64,000 nucleotides of DNA from the human T2T-CHM13v2.0 reference genome, Homo sapiens (GCF_009914755.1 NC_060926.1), one strand, 5' to 3'. Shown: positions 37,128 to 52,259, numbered from the stretch's first letter. The notes: generated from the letters alone by a model not told the origin. Numbers and translations: made by a program.

Positions 37128-40100
37128 TGATAACTATTTTCTACAAGAGTAAAACATGTCCTGGTCCCTTGGGTATACCAGTGGAACCCATTGGTGTCAC
37201 ACTACAGGTTTATTATGCTGAGCCATTTTCGTTTCAGCTTTGCTGCTTATTCTGTAACACATTTTTTTTTTTTTACCCACCTGTACTTTGAAAGCCTGAT
37301 CTTAGACTCTGAGCTTTAATACTCTGCATTTCCAATTCTGTTAGTTTTCTCTGCAGCCAAATGTGCTTACATTCTTGTTCACCCAGTATTAATAAAAAGG
37401 ATGTTTGCACAGCAGGGAAGCATATTCTCATTTATCTCTGACCAGAAATGTGAAGAATGAAATGGCCTGATGGCCATTATCTTAACCCTGTGTGACCGAA
37501 AACATTCTGAAGTAGTGAAAGAAACAATTGGACCACAAAATCCTCATTAAAGTTTTCTTCTATCAGCATTAGACTGCAGATTAAGTCCCCAGTCACATTT
37601 CTCATAAGGGACTTTTTTTTTTGCAATAAATAAATATATTATTTTGTAGTCTACAAAATAGAGTCATCTAACTTGAAAGACTACAAAACTCATGAGTTCA
37701 GAGCACTCAGTGGGGGTTACTTGGCATATCATTCCCTGAAATTCCTCCTACCATCCACCCCATTAAAGAGGAATATTAAAGGTCATGACCGTGTTCCTCT
37801 GTTGTGATGTCCCAGTCATCCCTTGGAAGAAAGTCAAAGCCATGGAAAGATGTTTCTATTATTTCTGCAGTGACAGGAGTTTCATATTCAGTTTGCTGCA
37901 TACAAGATCTAAACATAAATGAAAGAAAAGGAATGAATGCATTGGGCTACTTCTCAAAGACAACATAAATAATTCTGAGACTTTTACTGTCATAAGAAAC
38001 TCTTCAAGAGTAATGTAAGAAGCAATGACACACACACACATGACTAGTAAATATTTCTAAGCAAACTCTAATCAACAAAACATGATCACGAAGAATCTTT
38101 AAGTAGATTTTATTGCTGATGGCTAGTCCCTCACTTATAGAAAAGCTTTTCAGTATTTCTCAATATGCACATGGGTTTAGTCAATATATGGCAAAGGCCA
38201 GATTCTCTATATATTATTCCCCCTATATACTATTCCCCCCTAAATTAATGGGTTGAGCACAAATTAATCTAGCAACTCATATTTCTCGGATATCTCTATG
38301 TATCTAGCACGGAAGGACAAAAAAGGAAAGGCAGGCCTTGTTTGCTGTCTGATATCCTTGAAAGACAATTAAGCAATTAGTAAAAAGCCTGCACTGAATA
38401 CCCATTACAAAATGCCAAGTAAATGAAAGTCTAGAGCAGTGTGAAGGGGGAAGCTACCTGCCAAATACAGTTACCGGGTGGGAAAGAAGTCAGGAAATGG
38501 CAACATTAGAGGGAGTGTTTTGGGGGAGGAAATATAGCTTCAACAGAGCTTTGAAGGATGATATGATGAAAGATGGCACTAGAGGGGTACTATTAAGGAC
38601 TTGGGTCAAAATGCCAGAATAGTTGTTTCTCTGGGTCACTTGCTACCAAGAACAGTGCTGAGACACCAAATTCTCATCAAATTCCTCCTGGCTACTGGAG
38701 AGGTTGCCACCATGGAACGGGAGGAAGTTGGTCTCCTGGTCCCACATATCCCACAAGGGATCTTGACTCTCCTCCCCTACCACTCAGGGGACCCTGGGCT
38801 CCTTTCCTCTGGCTCTGAGTTGGTGAATGTTACTCTTTCAGAAGGGCTGTATACTCTTCCCCTCCCTTCAACCTTAATGCCATTACAGCTCTTCCACAGA
38901 TGTCTGCTATGAAGAAACATCTAGTGAGGATTGTAATGCAGGTATAAACTATTAAAGTACTATATCAGGACAAGAAGATGAAGTCAATCTGAAAGAAGTG
39001 ATTCATGCAACAAAAGAAAACAAAGTATAAAAAATGATCACATAAATTGACCCTTCTGTAAATAGTTAGGGAAAGCCAGCTTGGTATATGTTGGATAAGC
39101 GTAGCTGAAGCAGTAAAAAGGAAAGTGAGAAAGATGCTAAGTTTGGTTTAAACTAACTAAGGCAATAGAAGTTGAGTTATCCCTAGGCAGCTGATACCTA
39201 GTGGGTGTGTTACTTCTGTTCCCAGCACCTAGCAGAGTGTCTTGTATATAGTAAGTGCTCAAATGTGTTGAGAAAATTGTATTGGGGCCAAAAATAGTAC
39301 TTTTTAGTAGTTAGCATATAGGTGATGACTCAGAAACTACAAATAATTCCAAATAACCATGATTAATTCCAAGTGTCTTTGCTGTCTCTATATTGTAGTG
39401 TATCATTTGTAGAAGGTGGGAGTTGGAGGGTGGCAGAAAGAAGTTATAACTTCTTTTTAATACTCAGGTATTGTTTAGGCTTCCTTTTTCTTAAATGATA
39501 ACCTGCACCTAAGTCCAATATATATTAAAACAACACTCAGCAACAATTATGAAAGTGCTAAGCAGGGTTGTTCTGATTAAAGTGGGCTTGGGGGTTCCAG
39601 AACTTTGCCTTTCTACTCGGTTCCCTGTGGCAGCCCTGTCACTCTTCTGTAGGGCTTCATGGAAAACCACTAACCCAGGCTTAATGCCCAGTCTGTTGTG
39701 TTTACCCTTGTCGCTCTGGGTAGTTGAAACTTGTGGTCAGAACAGACACTTCATAGGTCGATTACTGAACCACTATTTACTAATTTTCAGTAGCCGCCGA
39801 CTTCAGCAGCCACATGCCAGTTTTGCTGGGATATGAAGGGCTTAAGAATATTTGATGAAAGAGTGAGAGAATGTTGTGAAAGGGTGTAGCTCTTTACACT
39901 CACAGATATTGTAGGGGTGGGGGTGGGGTGGGGTAGAACACAATAAAAGCATGTGGCCTGAATGGTTAGCCTAGGACCTATGTAAACGTCTTACCCTGGT
40001 GGTTGAAAAGTTATCTTTTCCCACCATTTTTATGTACCAGGGGTTCGAATGAGCCACAGAGAAGCCGCAGCAGCAGATACTGTTCCCATGAGATTTCTGG

Positions 40101-42224
40101 AATCCATTTGGCCACTGTTCACCTCACCAGCCGGGCATTTGGACATCTCAGAGCAGCAGGCTTGGCATTGAAGCGTCTGTGGTACTCGTTTTGATGTGCA
40201 CCCAGGTTCGAGCTCCCAGGCCAGCTAAGAGCTATTTCTCACACGTCCTCATTGTTTCGCACTCTCCCTCCTGGGAGAGAGGACATTTGTTAATGATTAG
40301 GAAGACAGAGGCTTTGAATCATGCCTCCCACCCACAGTGACACATGGGCTCTAAGCCCTAGCGCCTCGTAGTGTCCAGAGGAATATGAGCTTCCTCTTTT
40401 CTGCCCTCTGTGAAATATGCAGCACGTTCACTTATGAGACAAAAAAAAAATAAACAAAACTGGCCAGTCTTCTCTCTCAAAGGTGAGAGGAGCAGACTGA
40501 GGTTACTTCTGCCAGACAGAAGTTCCTTGTCCTGTGATGCTCCTTAATAAACTGGTTCATGCTGCCACTTAACTAGATGCTCTGCAGAGAACATAGTTGA
40601 TATGTAAGAATTTCCCAGAAAATTTCTGATTTGATTGAAAATAAGATTTTTAATACATTTCATTTTATCAAAAATAGTATTTTATTTTTATTATTTAATT
40701 GCATTTTGTTAAAATTTAAATTTATTATTATATTTATTGTATTAAATATATGTGTATTTATTTTATTTTATTAAAAATAATGGGCATCTTAATCGTCCAG
40801 GCAACCACAAAGGAAACAGACACTCAGTTGTTCAGCTAATGTCAGGATGAGTCAAGCGCTCAAAATGCAAGTCAGGTTATGACAACTACCAGGCGATTGT
40901 CAAGTTTCCCCTGTACCTGCCCCTTGGCTCGTGCGGCCGGTCCCAGGTTTATGAGGTAGAGCAATTAAGTGCCTCTCTCTTCAGCATAGGCAGGCACACA
41001 GGATTTGGTTGGCTACTCAGCTTAATTTAGCTATGTGCCATGTTTCCCTGGCATGTCATGTGGGGCACACAGTTCAAAAATGGAATGAGAAAGCTGAGGC
41101 TTGCTTAACTCGGGTATGAGATTTAGTGCCGAGGCTCCTGTGAGACCCCGAGCCTGCCAGAACTGCACTGTGCTGCCCTGGACCCCTTCTAATCTGAAAG
41201 ACAATGTGTGAGGCCAAGCCTAGTGACCTGAAAGGGACCCTTGAGCATAGGTGAGCTGTGTTCTGAGGAGGTCAGATACTGTGGAAGGAAGGGCTCCGGT
41301 AGTAATGGCACCACACACAAACTTAACTGCACTCACTACACACATCACTTATTACCACTGTCACTTAGGGGACAGGCCTGACTGACCTTGTGCAAATTAC
41401 AGCTGCCTCTGTATGTGGCCACAGAAAACAGAGGTGACAACCCTTAAGAGAACAGGAACTCCCCTAATGACCTCTAATTACAGACATCAAACAAACTGAA
41501 AGCAATTCTTCCCCCTGATTTCCTGAGATTCCCTGGGCTTAAAAGGCCCACAAAACATTTTCTTTCACAAATGTCACCAATGAGCTAGTAAATGCGCATC
41601 ACTTACACTGACAATGTTTATGTCAATCAAATTATAAAATAATTTTATAAATTATAAAATAACAATGCCCTAACTAGTCACTGACATTTTATCATCAAAG
41701 CTAAAAAATACAATCAAGGTCCTAAGGCCACAGCTTGAAGTCAGAAAGTGTCAGAGCCACCTTAGTTTACCCCACCCGGCCTGCTTCAAACTGGTTCCCA
41801 TGAGCCTGTACTTCTGACAGTAGAAGCAGCATGCGGTTCCTTAATTACTCACACCTCGTGAGAGTGAGATATGACTAAGCCACATATGCAGCCTGCTCTA
41901 CCCTAATCCCCACCACCCCCCAACACTGTACCCCATCTCTCGCTCTCACGGACTCAGAGCCTGGAGTCAGGGCCCATTTACAGCATCTATACTTGGCTTA
42001 GCTCTTCCTCAGAATTTCTGGAATATCCAAATCTAAGGCCTGCCAAACACTTTTTTTTTTTTTTCTGACTGGAAGGAGAACTGGATTGAAATCATTTCTA
42101 CCTTCCCCTCAGACTCTCAAGATAGAAGGCGCTGACTCTAACAGTGATTCAGGAAAAGAGAAAGTTGTAAAATCCTGGTTTATGGCACTGTGCTGCATGA
42201 AATAAATTACCTGTAAATGTGTTG

Positions 42225-42545
42225 GCCTGCACTGCCTACCTGGTGTTTTAAATTTGAATTAGTTGTCAATATTAAAAAATCAGGAGCTGTCTCACAAAAA
42301 TCAATTTATGGATTCTCTTAAAAATGAGTATCTGGCAACACTGGGCCTGCAGTCGTGACTGGTGATGATTAGGTGGAATCTATTGACTCTCTGCACAGCG
42401 CAGGCCCCCCTAGACCACCATGGCCTCTACTGTGCCCAAATATAAAGTCTAATATCTGAAGCTATTTAGCACCTTGCTCTGAATCGCCTTCATTCACTTA
42501 CATTATCTGCCTGGCTGCTACATAAACTTGAACTTGTGAGCTCTG
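42225..42545. mobile_element. MER102-like hAT-Charlie DNA transposon remnant
   Basis: tttgaattagttgtcaatattaaaaaatcaggag...ttctcttaaaaa...atctggcaacactgggcc resembles the recalled MER102 consensus. Confidence 0.6.
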
Positions 42546-43005
42546 CTCCAAGTCACAGTCTACTTTTATGAATCACTTCCCCTGCTGCTCGTGATAGCTG
42601 GCCTGGATTTTCTTAAAACATCCATGAGCAGTCTTTGAGAAGAAGTGATGTAGAACCATTCCTTCTTCATGAAGATTCTTGACTCAGGTTCCAGCTGAAT
42701 GTCTGTGTATGCAAAGAGAATGACCAAAGGTGTGCAAATTAAGACTCTTGAACGCAAGTAGAGGCATCATAATTCCTCCAGATAAAAAATGTTTCCATAA
42801 GTTTCATAACTAATTTAAAGATATGTGACAGAGTTACCCAGTAAATGCAGCTTCTAAAATACAGTAGGAGAGTGAGCAATGTGGGTTCCTCCAATAAGTA
42901 GTGAGTGCATAGGAGCTCAGAAAAAGGAGAGGTCATTTATAGATGGTGCCACCCAGGTAGTGCTGTTCATAGAGGTGGCATTTCAGTTGGGCTTTGAGGA
43001 GTGAG

Positions 43006-43368
43006 TATATTAGTCCATTTTGATGCTGCTAATAAAGACATACCTGAGATGGGGTAATTTATAAAGAAAAAGAGTTTTAATAAACTTACAGTTCTACATA
43101 GCTGGAGAGGCCTCACAATCATGGCAGAAGGTGAAGGGGGAGCAAAGGCATGTTTTACATGGTGGCAGGCAAGAGAGTGTACAAGGGAACTGCCCTTTTT
43201 AAAACCATCAGATCTCATGAGACTTATTCGCTATCACGAGAACAGCAATGGAAAAACCCACCCCCATGATTCAATTACCTTCCACCAGGCCCCTCCCACA
43301 ACACGTGGGGATTATGGGAGCTACAATTCAAGATGAGATTTGAGTGGGGACACAGCCAAACCATGCCA
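43006..43368 (-). mobile_element. THE1 (THE1C/D-like) MaLR solo LTR
   Basis: The minus strand starts tggcatggtttggctgtgtccccactcaaatctcatcttgaattgtagctccc. 363 bp long, perfect 5-bp TSD gtgag. Confidence 0.93.
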
Positions 43369-44633
43369 GTGAGCAAGAGTTGAACATGTAGAAAGTGAAG
43401 GGAGGAAACATTTGAGAAAAGCACAGAGGGTGGGGAATATGGGCATACTAAGAAAGAGAGTGGTTCAGTTTGCCTGGAATATAGCTGCATTCTAGTACTT
43501 AAGAATCCTGAACTATTTAAAATGGAAGGTTCTCATGTCCACCTCCAGAAATTATATTTCAGTGGGTCTGAATGAGCCCCCAGAACCTATCATGAACCAT
43601 CATCACAAGTGATTCTGTTGTGAAGGTAATACAGTCCATACTTGGAGAAAAATTTGCATCAGGTGTATAGTGGTGGATGCGGGAGAGGTGGCAGGGTCTG
43701 GACCACAGACAGCTTTAATTTCAGGCCACAGAGTTTAGAATTTTCCTGTGAGCCACAGAGACTTACCTTTCCTGCTGTTCAATATTAGCATAAAGAAAGG
43801 GGATTTCTTAAAGATGACACTCAACTTTAGATCCTAGGAGGCACCATTAATCGAAGCAAGGAACATGAAGAGAGAGATTGTGCATGTGCTCAGATCAGTT
43901 TGTAACCTTCCGGTTTGGTCATCATCGGCTTTCCTCTGCTTCTACCACCACTAGCAATGGTGAAGTAGATACCCATGGGCCCTGGCCCAGATCCCTCTCA
44001 TCTTGGTCTCCAGGTACAAATCTTCCAGGACTCAGTTCCTCATCTGTGAAATGGAGATGACAATAATATCTTTCCTTATCTGTTGAGGGTCTAAGTTGGG
44101 TAAAGTATCTGAAAGCCCTTTGAGAACTACATACATGTAAGAAATTATTTTCTTAGGCAGAAGAATAGATTTTTAAAGTTCCTAGCATGGCTAAATGAAT
44201 GCCAATACATATATGCCATGGTTTACATGTGTTTTCAGAGCATGTAAATGTAATGCTCATTATGAAGTACTAAGAGGAAAAATATAAGCTGGATATAAAT
44301 TATCTAGAGTGATTACATTTTTTTATTGCCATAACATATGTGGGAAATACAGTAATGTGTAAACAGTGGTTTTCTCTAGTGGTGAGATTGTACATAAAAT
44401 TCCCTTTTGCTTGATATTTTTCCCTTGCATTTTCAAAATTCTCTTCACAGTCATTTACTACTTTTGTAATCGGAAAGAAGAAACTTTTCTTTTCAGTTTC
44501 GGAGCCCTAAAGCCATTCTGAAACCAGTGACATTGCGGAGCAGTGTGCTCTTAAGGCCTCTCTTCAAAGACTTTAGTCTACTTTTATTTTGACGATTCCT
44601 GCTTGAGCACAGACCTATTTTTTAAAATTGATT

Positions 44634-44663
44634 GTGTGTGTGTGTGTGTGTGTGTGTGTTTGT
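44634..44663. repeat. (TG)n microsatellite
   Basis: Directly visible. Confidence 0.95.
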
Positions 44664-47285
44664 GCAGTTTAGATAGAATCCACAGGGAAAAAGAAAAGAA
44701 AAATGCTAAAATGCATGCTTTGAGTATGTGAAGACTAAGTCAATATATCTCAATTAGAACCAGGAATCCTTCCAATATTTACATTGGATTTGCTTCCAAA
44801 TGTTTGGCTTTTAATGGGTTGTAAATAAATTGGAAGGGATGTAACACTGGAGCATAATAAACACAGAGGATGCTAACGTCTGAAGAAAAGAAAAGAAGGG
44901 AATTTGTAGGAATAAGCCAATTTTAGTTCAAAAGGGGACATAATCTTGTTTAGAATTTCTCTGATTTTGGGGGGGCAGAAAGAGAAAAGCAGGGGTACAT
45001 GAGAAGAGACTTGAGACACTGTATTATACCCAGGGCTTCCAGAGCGACAAGAACTGGGTGCCTCTAGGATGTTTAACATAACTTGAAGCCAGAATGAGAT
45101 CAAACTGCATACAAAGCTAGGACTTACTAATGTCAATATGGCAGACTTCTAAAGTTTGAAAATTAACAAGATAAGAGAGGGAGAGGATTGTCTTCATTAT
45201 GTGCATTACTGAAATTATCCAAATGAAGGACAGACAGAGATCAAATGGAGAATGAAGTACAGGTAGTGTGTGTTTCAGAGGATGACCCTAAGGTGGAAAC
45301 CAAGATCATTCAAACTGAATTTCTAATTTGCTAATTATTTATTCAGAAAATTTATTCAAGTCAAGGTGTAAAAGCAAAAATGATCATTTCTCCCTCATAG
45401 TTAGTCCTGACTCTTTTTATTCAGAAGAATGTGAGAAATTTAGGGAAGCTAGAGTTACTTGGGTAGGAAAGAGAGCATGTAATAATGTAGGTATAGCAGT
45501 TTGTATTCTGTTAATAGATTTGAAATGTAAATTGCAAAAGTGAATTTTCAATTATCAAGAGGAGAAAGTACATAAAGCAATATAAAGTTGAAAACCTAGT
45601 TTTTCATCAGGCTTTCATGCTAACTCCATATTTACACACTTGAATTTATTGTAGAAAAGCAAATGAAAATATGTGTGAATGTGACCTAGAAGTGTCATGA
45701 AATATTTGAATCTTTGTTGAATTTAGTCAGTAGCTTTCTTCTGGTCATCACAAGAATGTTTTTTGTGAGAAATAAAGCACTTCATTTTTATTTCAAAGGC
45801 CATTTATTTTCCTGTTTAAACAAGGATAAACACTACGCCCTCAAAAATATCTATCTTCTGGAAATGTTTGATGATTGAGATGTAAATTTGGTATTTGTAT
45901 TTATATGCTTATGTTTTTATGCTTATGTTTATATGCTTTTGTTTTTATTCTTGGAGGTAGAAGATAGAATGACTTTATTCAAGTCAATAACTAGTTTGGT
46001 TTTCCACTTTACCTTGTTGGTATCTGACTAATATACTTATTTTCCTAGAAACTTTTTAGTAATTATCCCAATTTTTCAGAACAAAGATACATGTAAAACA
46101 GATATCTATTTATAACTATAAATCTCTTGCTGGCTTGGCTATCATTTGTTTTAAAATATTAATATCACCATTTAAATGCTTTTTAGGCTTACTTAATTTC
46201 AATAATCTCTTATTTATCAAATTACTGCATTGTTCTCCTTAGACATAGTCTCATAATTGTATCATAGTCTCATAATTCTATCACCACTGGTGATACATTA
46301 ATACCACTGGTATCTGGTAATAATAAATAAATGCAATAAAGACAAAGTTTAATGCGGCTGTTTTTTGTTTTTCTTCCTATTGGGTTCACCCTGAATGTTT
46401 CGGGGTTTTACAATTATAGAGTCATGGCTGGTTTAGCTAATAAAGAATATGCAAGTCTATACTTTAAAAGTTCAATACCATGCCAAACTTAAAACATTCA
46501 AATAAAAATCCTTTGAAATTGTCATTGTTTTTTTAAGAATTTATGAACTATTAGAAGAACTGTGTTCACATTGTTTCTAATTTCATTTGTCAAACAAAGC
46601 TAACTGGTGACAATGCTGAGAAAACATGGCTTCCTCATAGAGTTCTGACCCCTGTAGTAAGTACCTGAAAAGATCCATAAGGCAAATGCAATGCTATTTT
46701 TTTCTCTTTTCTTTTTCCTTAGGTTGATTAGGTTTAAATTGTGGGGGATATGATAGGGGATTATCCTTAAAAGAAAGAGAAAAATTCAGCACAAATCAGA
46801 TATCAGAAACTTACATTTATTTTAAAAACTGCATTAGATACATCTTTTGAACACTAATGAAACAGAAAAAGTTCATAGGAACACGCTTATTTGGAAATCA
46901 GCTATTTGCTTGTTAAAAAATTTTAGCTTGACTCTCTAAAGGAAATTACCAGAGACGCTGAAGACTAAACTAAACAAACCACTCATGTAGTAATTAATAA
47001 ATGATAATTGGAATGAACTAGAGATATTTGTTTCCTCCTGAAGTGGCAAGTTTTATGCCTTTTAAACAACTTGCTGTTATTTTCAATGAAGAAAAGGGAA
47101 GAGAGGGGTCATGAAAAATTAGACAAATCTCAATCAGAAGTGATTTCAACACCTGGCAGGGACCTGTAAGGATGACTTTTTAGCCTCTCAAAGCTACTTC
47201 TCCCAGTAGTAAATCTGTCCAGTGCATGTCCTCTCCACCAAGAAGCATCCTTTTCCATGAATTTTGTTTTTTCTCCATTTCTTAG

Positions 47286-47627
<342 letters not shown>

Positions 47628-50260
47628 TGCAGTTTTTTTAAAAAAGGAATATTTGGGATTTCACTAGGTGGAAGAACAGTTATTGTGACAAAGGTTTACA
47701 TCTTAAATGGATATTTCAGCCATGCACTTTTTAGCCCATAAATAAATAAATAATAAAAAGCTGAGTTTTTAGATGAAACATGAGTTACACATCATTCCCG
47801 TATAGGTAGCAGTGTGGAATCTTTCTTTCTAGGAGGTATTCTATGCATTTAACTATTTTGCAGTAACATCAAACATGAGTCTCTGAGTTAGAAATCAAAC
47901 CGATTTTCTCACCAAAATGAATGTTTGGAAAAAGTAACCTAGATTTTTACCCTTCGAAAGGAAATAATGAGACTCGCACCTCCTCTTTTCTTCAGGGTTT
48001 GACTGTTTGGCGGAGGAAGGGCATCAATGTTTATTTTCACCTGTTTTCTGTAGCATCCTGCCGATGACATCAGTGTCCTGTCTGCTGTGTTAAGGGCAAT
48101 GAAGGTTATGAAACTAGAAATGAATCTAGTCTGAGAACAGATCACGCAGTCCTTCCATATGCATTGTCTTTGCAGTGGTATGAAAGTATGAGTCAGTATG
48201 ACTCATTCGGCTTCCTGACCTAGCCAATTGTCTGGCTCTCCACATTAATACAGTCACCTGAACCAGCTTCTCTGTTCATTTGTGTGACCTCTTGGATTTC
48301 ACCTTTCCTTTGCCAAGCATCAACTTGAAAATTTTCCTCACACATTAAGATGCATTCAAAACCTTGATATTTAGGACGATACAGACAAAATTTTTGGAGT
48401 CTCTAATATTATAGCTAAATATTATGTTTTTATAGCAAAATGTTAAATTCTTCGGAATCCAGAAGGCATTTAAGAAACAGACAGAAGTTGTTTTTTTTCA
48501 CACAGATTTTTGGGGCAACCTAGTCTCACTGTACCCAAAGGGCCCAGGTTAGGAGAACTTTGAAATAAAACTGTAACTAACACCCTATTTTATACTTTCT
48601 TGATTTATCCTCCTCCCACTCCCCAGGCCATTCCCTACTTTGGATCAGAAACGGTAGACTATGGAATTTCAGAGATCATCTCTTCCAACACCTTGTCTAA
48701 AGGAGGTCATTGCAAGCAGAAAGGTGAAATGCCTTGTTTCGAGTTGATTCAGGTCTGAACCCTTGTCCTGCTTAAAGACAGAATTCTGAACAGAGTTCAG
48801 GGAACCCTGTGTAACATCAGCCTTGGAGTGGGGGAAGGGTGGGGAAGCTGAATTATTAGCAAATGGGCAAAAAGCTTTCTGAAGCAGAGAGAAAGAATTT
48901 CTACAGCCAATTAGACAAATCACCCTTAAAAGAAAACATATTTCTCGATTAAAGCCTGCCAGCATGCAATATTTCCCAATTAGTTCAAAGAACACAGTCA
49001 CAGATGTTAGCCAAAATATGCTACATTCTTTAGAAGTCCTCATATCAATGCGTAGGATCTCTTTGATTTTATGAATGAGTTTCATGGTGGTTGTATGTGT
49101 GTGTTCCTTTAAAAAGAAGAAACTTATAACCTCAGAAATTTAAACAAAAACACACCCACTGAAAGCACGTCGACAGCATGGCAGATGCTTAACACTAGAG
49201 TATTGAAATGGGGAAAGTAATAGATGCAAGTCCAAATTATCAATGTTCCAGCTTATGACACATTTGATCAAAATCCCACTCAAAAAGCTAAATAAAATAT
49301 TATTTCTTCCATGAGTAAGGCTGCTCTATTTATCAAATAAAAACTCAGATATGAAATAATTTTTTAGTATAAGGATAGCCCAGGTAATTCCTAATTTACC
49401 TGACATTTAAATTTAACTTCAACCCTGTGTTTCATCAGGCAACCCGATTTAGGAGAGCATCAAACCCCATATCTCAGCACTTATAAAAGTATTTGTGAAA
49501 AATAAACACATATACATGCAAATCACTCTTCCACTTCTTAACAAACTTTCCTGCTTGAGGGAATTGCTAAGTCCAGAAGACAGGCCACTGGAAGAGCTAT
49601 AACCAGCCACGATGCAATTTCCACCTAGAAATCCTGGAGGCTTGCACCTTCAGACAATCTGTGAGAGAAAATACATTGGATGAAAACAGGCTGGAGCAAT
49701 GGTAGCAAAGTGTTTTCTTGCCCACCTTTTTGCAAGTTTTCGTCTGCTGCCAAGCGGCCAGCTGGTGTGATTTTCTTTTCCTTCGGCCAAAGTCCATTTA
49801 CAAGACCTACATTGATGTTGGGTTACGTCATTGGGCAGGCAACTTTGGAGTGTGCCACAGAACATGTTGAAAATTAATCCCATTTGCTGGGAGGGTGGAG
49901 GAAGATTCATATTCTCATGACTTTAAGACTTTTGGAATGTTAGAGCTGGAAAAGCTTTATTACTTATAAGATCGTTTAACCCCTTCATTTCACAGACTTG
50001 GATCCAGGTAGCCTAAATGATTTTTCCAAGGACTCATAGCAGGAGCCAAGGCCAGCACCACAGATGCTGACTCCTGGTTTCAGCCACTGTTCCACAACTC
50101 TGCTATAATCGGATATCAAAATTGGAGTTGGCAATATGTGAATGAACTACAAATCTCTTGACTAATATTTCCAACACTAGAGACCCTGTTGTTCTTTCAT
50201 TCATTTTACTCTGCATCCATAGGAAACATAGCAGTGATGGCTGCTGCTACTGACTGGCTG

Positions 50261-50500
50261 CAGTAGTATTGCATAGTGAGCAGATCATGGGTTCTGGACT
50301 CAAACAGAGCTGCCCAACTTCTGGTCTGACTCCTTCCTAGCAGTGAGGACTTGGGTAGGTTAGGGAACCTCTTGGAGCATCTCTTTCCTCATATGTGGAA
50401 AAGGGGATCATTATGGTACCAATCTCAAAGGATTGTTGCTGGGATGACATGAAATGTGCAGGCGAGTTCTTAGCACAGGGCTTGGCACAACATAAGTCCC
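50261..50500 (+). mobile_element. MIR SINE
   Basis: cctagcagtgaggacttgggtaggtta...aacctct...tttcctcatatgtggaaaagggga...ctcaaaggattgttg...cttagcacagggcttggcaca is the MIR core. Confidence 0.75.
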
Positions 50501-52259
50501 CGAGAATGTCAGCTTCTATCCTAAATCATGAATATAGAGTTACAGCCTGTTTTTGCTGCATTCATGTTTCAGCCAGGAATGACACACGTGGTCATCTCTA
50601 CTTGAAAATAAATATTTTAAGTATTTTCTCTTAGATCAAGGCATAATATTCCATGAAATACACAGATGATTTGAGCCAATTATCCCACAAAGCCAGTAAA
50701 ACAATCCCATCTTTATTATTCAGAATTCAGGTGAAATTGGTTGAGCAGTGGTGTGGAAAGCCACGTATTATAAATGTTCTCTCTTTCTCTCTCACCCCTC
50801 CAAAATATTCAAATGGACAGGGCTGATTATTTTATTTGGCTATTTTAGCAACTGCTTCCAATTACGTTGCTGACTCATTTAAAGATGATTGAATATAGTA
50901 GAAGCAAAATTGCAAGTCAGCAGAATATCCCTTTGACAGTGTCTCACTTCTCATACTCCAGTCTTCTCTCACTGCTCCACACCCTAAACGTTGTTTCCTT
51001 TTGTAACTAGGATTCCTAAAAGCCTAACTCTGTCACTCCCATATATATTCTGACAGGCCACCAGGGGCAAAAATGACCTTTCTCTACACTACCTCCATGC
51101 ACATCCGTTGAATTTCCCATTTCCTAAGTTGGCTGATCACTTTAGGAGTTTTGAGATAGAAAATTGTGCTGATTCAATCCAAAGTGTACCAGATGGATGA
51201 CCCAGTTAATTCAGCCAGGGTTTTTACTTTTTAAAAAAGATTTAAAGCCCTAAATATAGTAGATTTTTTCTGAGTTGTAGTATACGTTGAGGTAGGAATG
51301 TCTAAATGGGAGAATTTTAAGCCATGTGACCCAAAGAGGGTAACCCAAATGTCCCCATGTTCTCTAGGCTTCGGGGATCACTCATCTCGTTAATACCAAC
51401 TGACATGGAATGTGCCCTATCCTGTACAGCCATGGGAAGTCAGCTCTCTCCCCCTTGTATTTCTGTAAATCCTAAGGAATGCTGACATGTTAGACAAATC
51501 CATCCTGTAGCGATTTGTCAGCTCTTGTTCTGATCTGCCGCTCTGAACATCTTTGTTGGATACCTCTTTCCACATCATAACACTGCTCTGGGTTGCTGCC
51601 ATTCTGCCTTATATGGCTAGGCACCAAACATTGAACCAGTATCCACTTCGAAATGCCCAAAGTACAGCAAACACCAGGTTATGGTATTTAACATTTTACT
51701 ATGGCTTGAGATGATCTGAAGTGAACTGCAATGGAAAAAAACAAAATTAAAAATTCACTACTCACATAGAATACAACCTTATATTCTTGCCCCAAAAGAT
51801 TTCCTACCATCTCTCTTTTAAGCCTCCTCACTCCACCCCATCCCCTGCTTTCAGCTTGCACCATGTTCCAGGAATCAGGTCATCTGCCAAGTCTATAGGA
51901 ATTACAGAAACAAACCAGTGAGTTGTCTGCAAACATCTTGCCCCAGGTGGTGCCCCAACCCAATGGAATGAGATGGACTGCGGTGATGAATGGACACATG
52001 AGTTAACCATGAGAGAAACTGACTTATAACTGCTGAATTCTTCTCCGGGGATATCCTAGGAGGACATGCTTGTCTCAGAGTAATGCTGGGCTCAGGAAAA
52101 TGGACATCTTCCAGGGTCCATTTCTGAAATACATGCAGTTGAGAGAAAAAAAAATGTTTCTCTTGGCAAACCTTTTCTCAAAAGCACTGTCTACATCATC
52201 CTCTGTTTCTGCTCAGTTTTTCCTGTTCGCACGGTTCTCAGAGACAAGCACACAGCCAT

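Noticed and set aside
40650-40785. Extremely AT-rich tract as a possible palindromic AT-rich repeat
   Set aside because: Low complexity without an extended exact inverted symmetry that I could verify.
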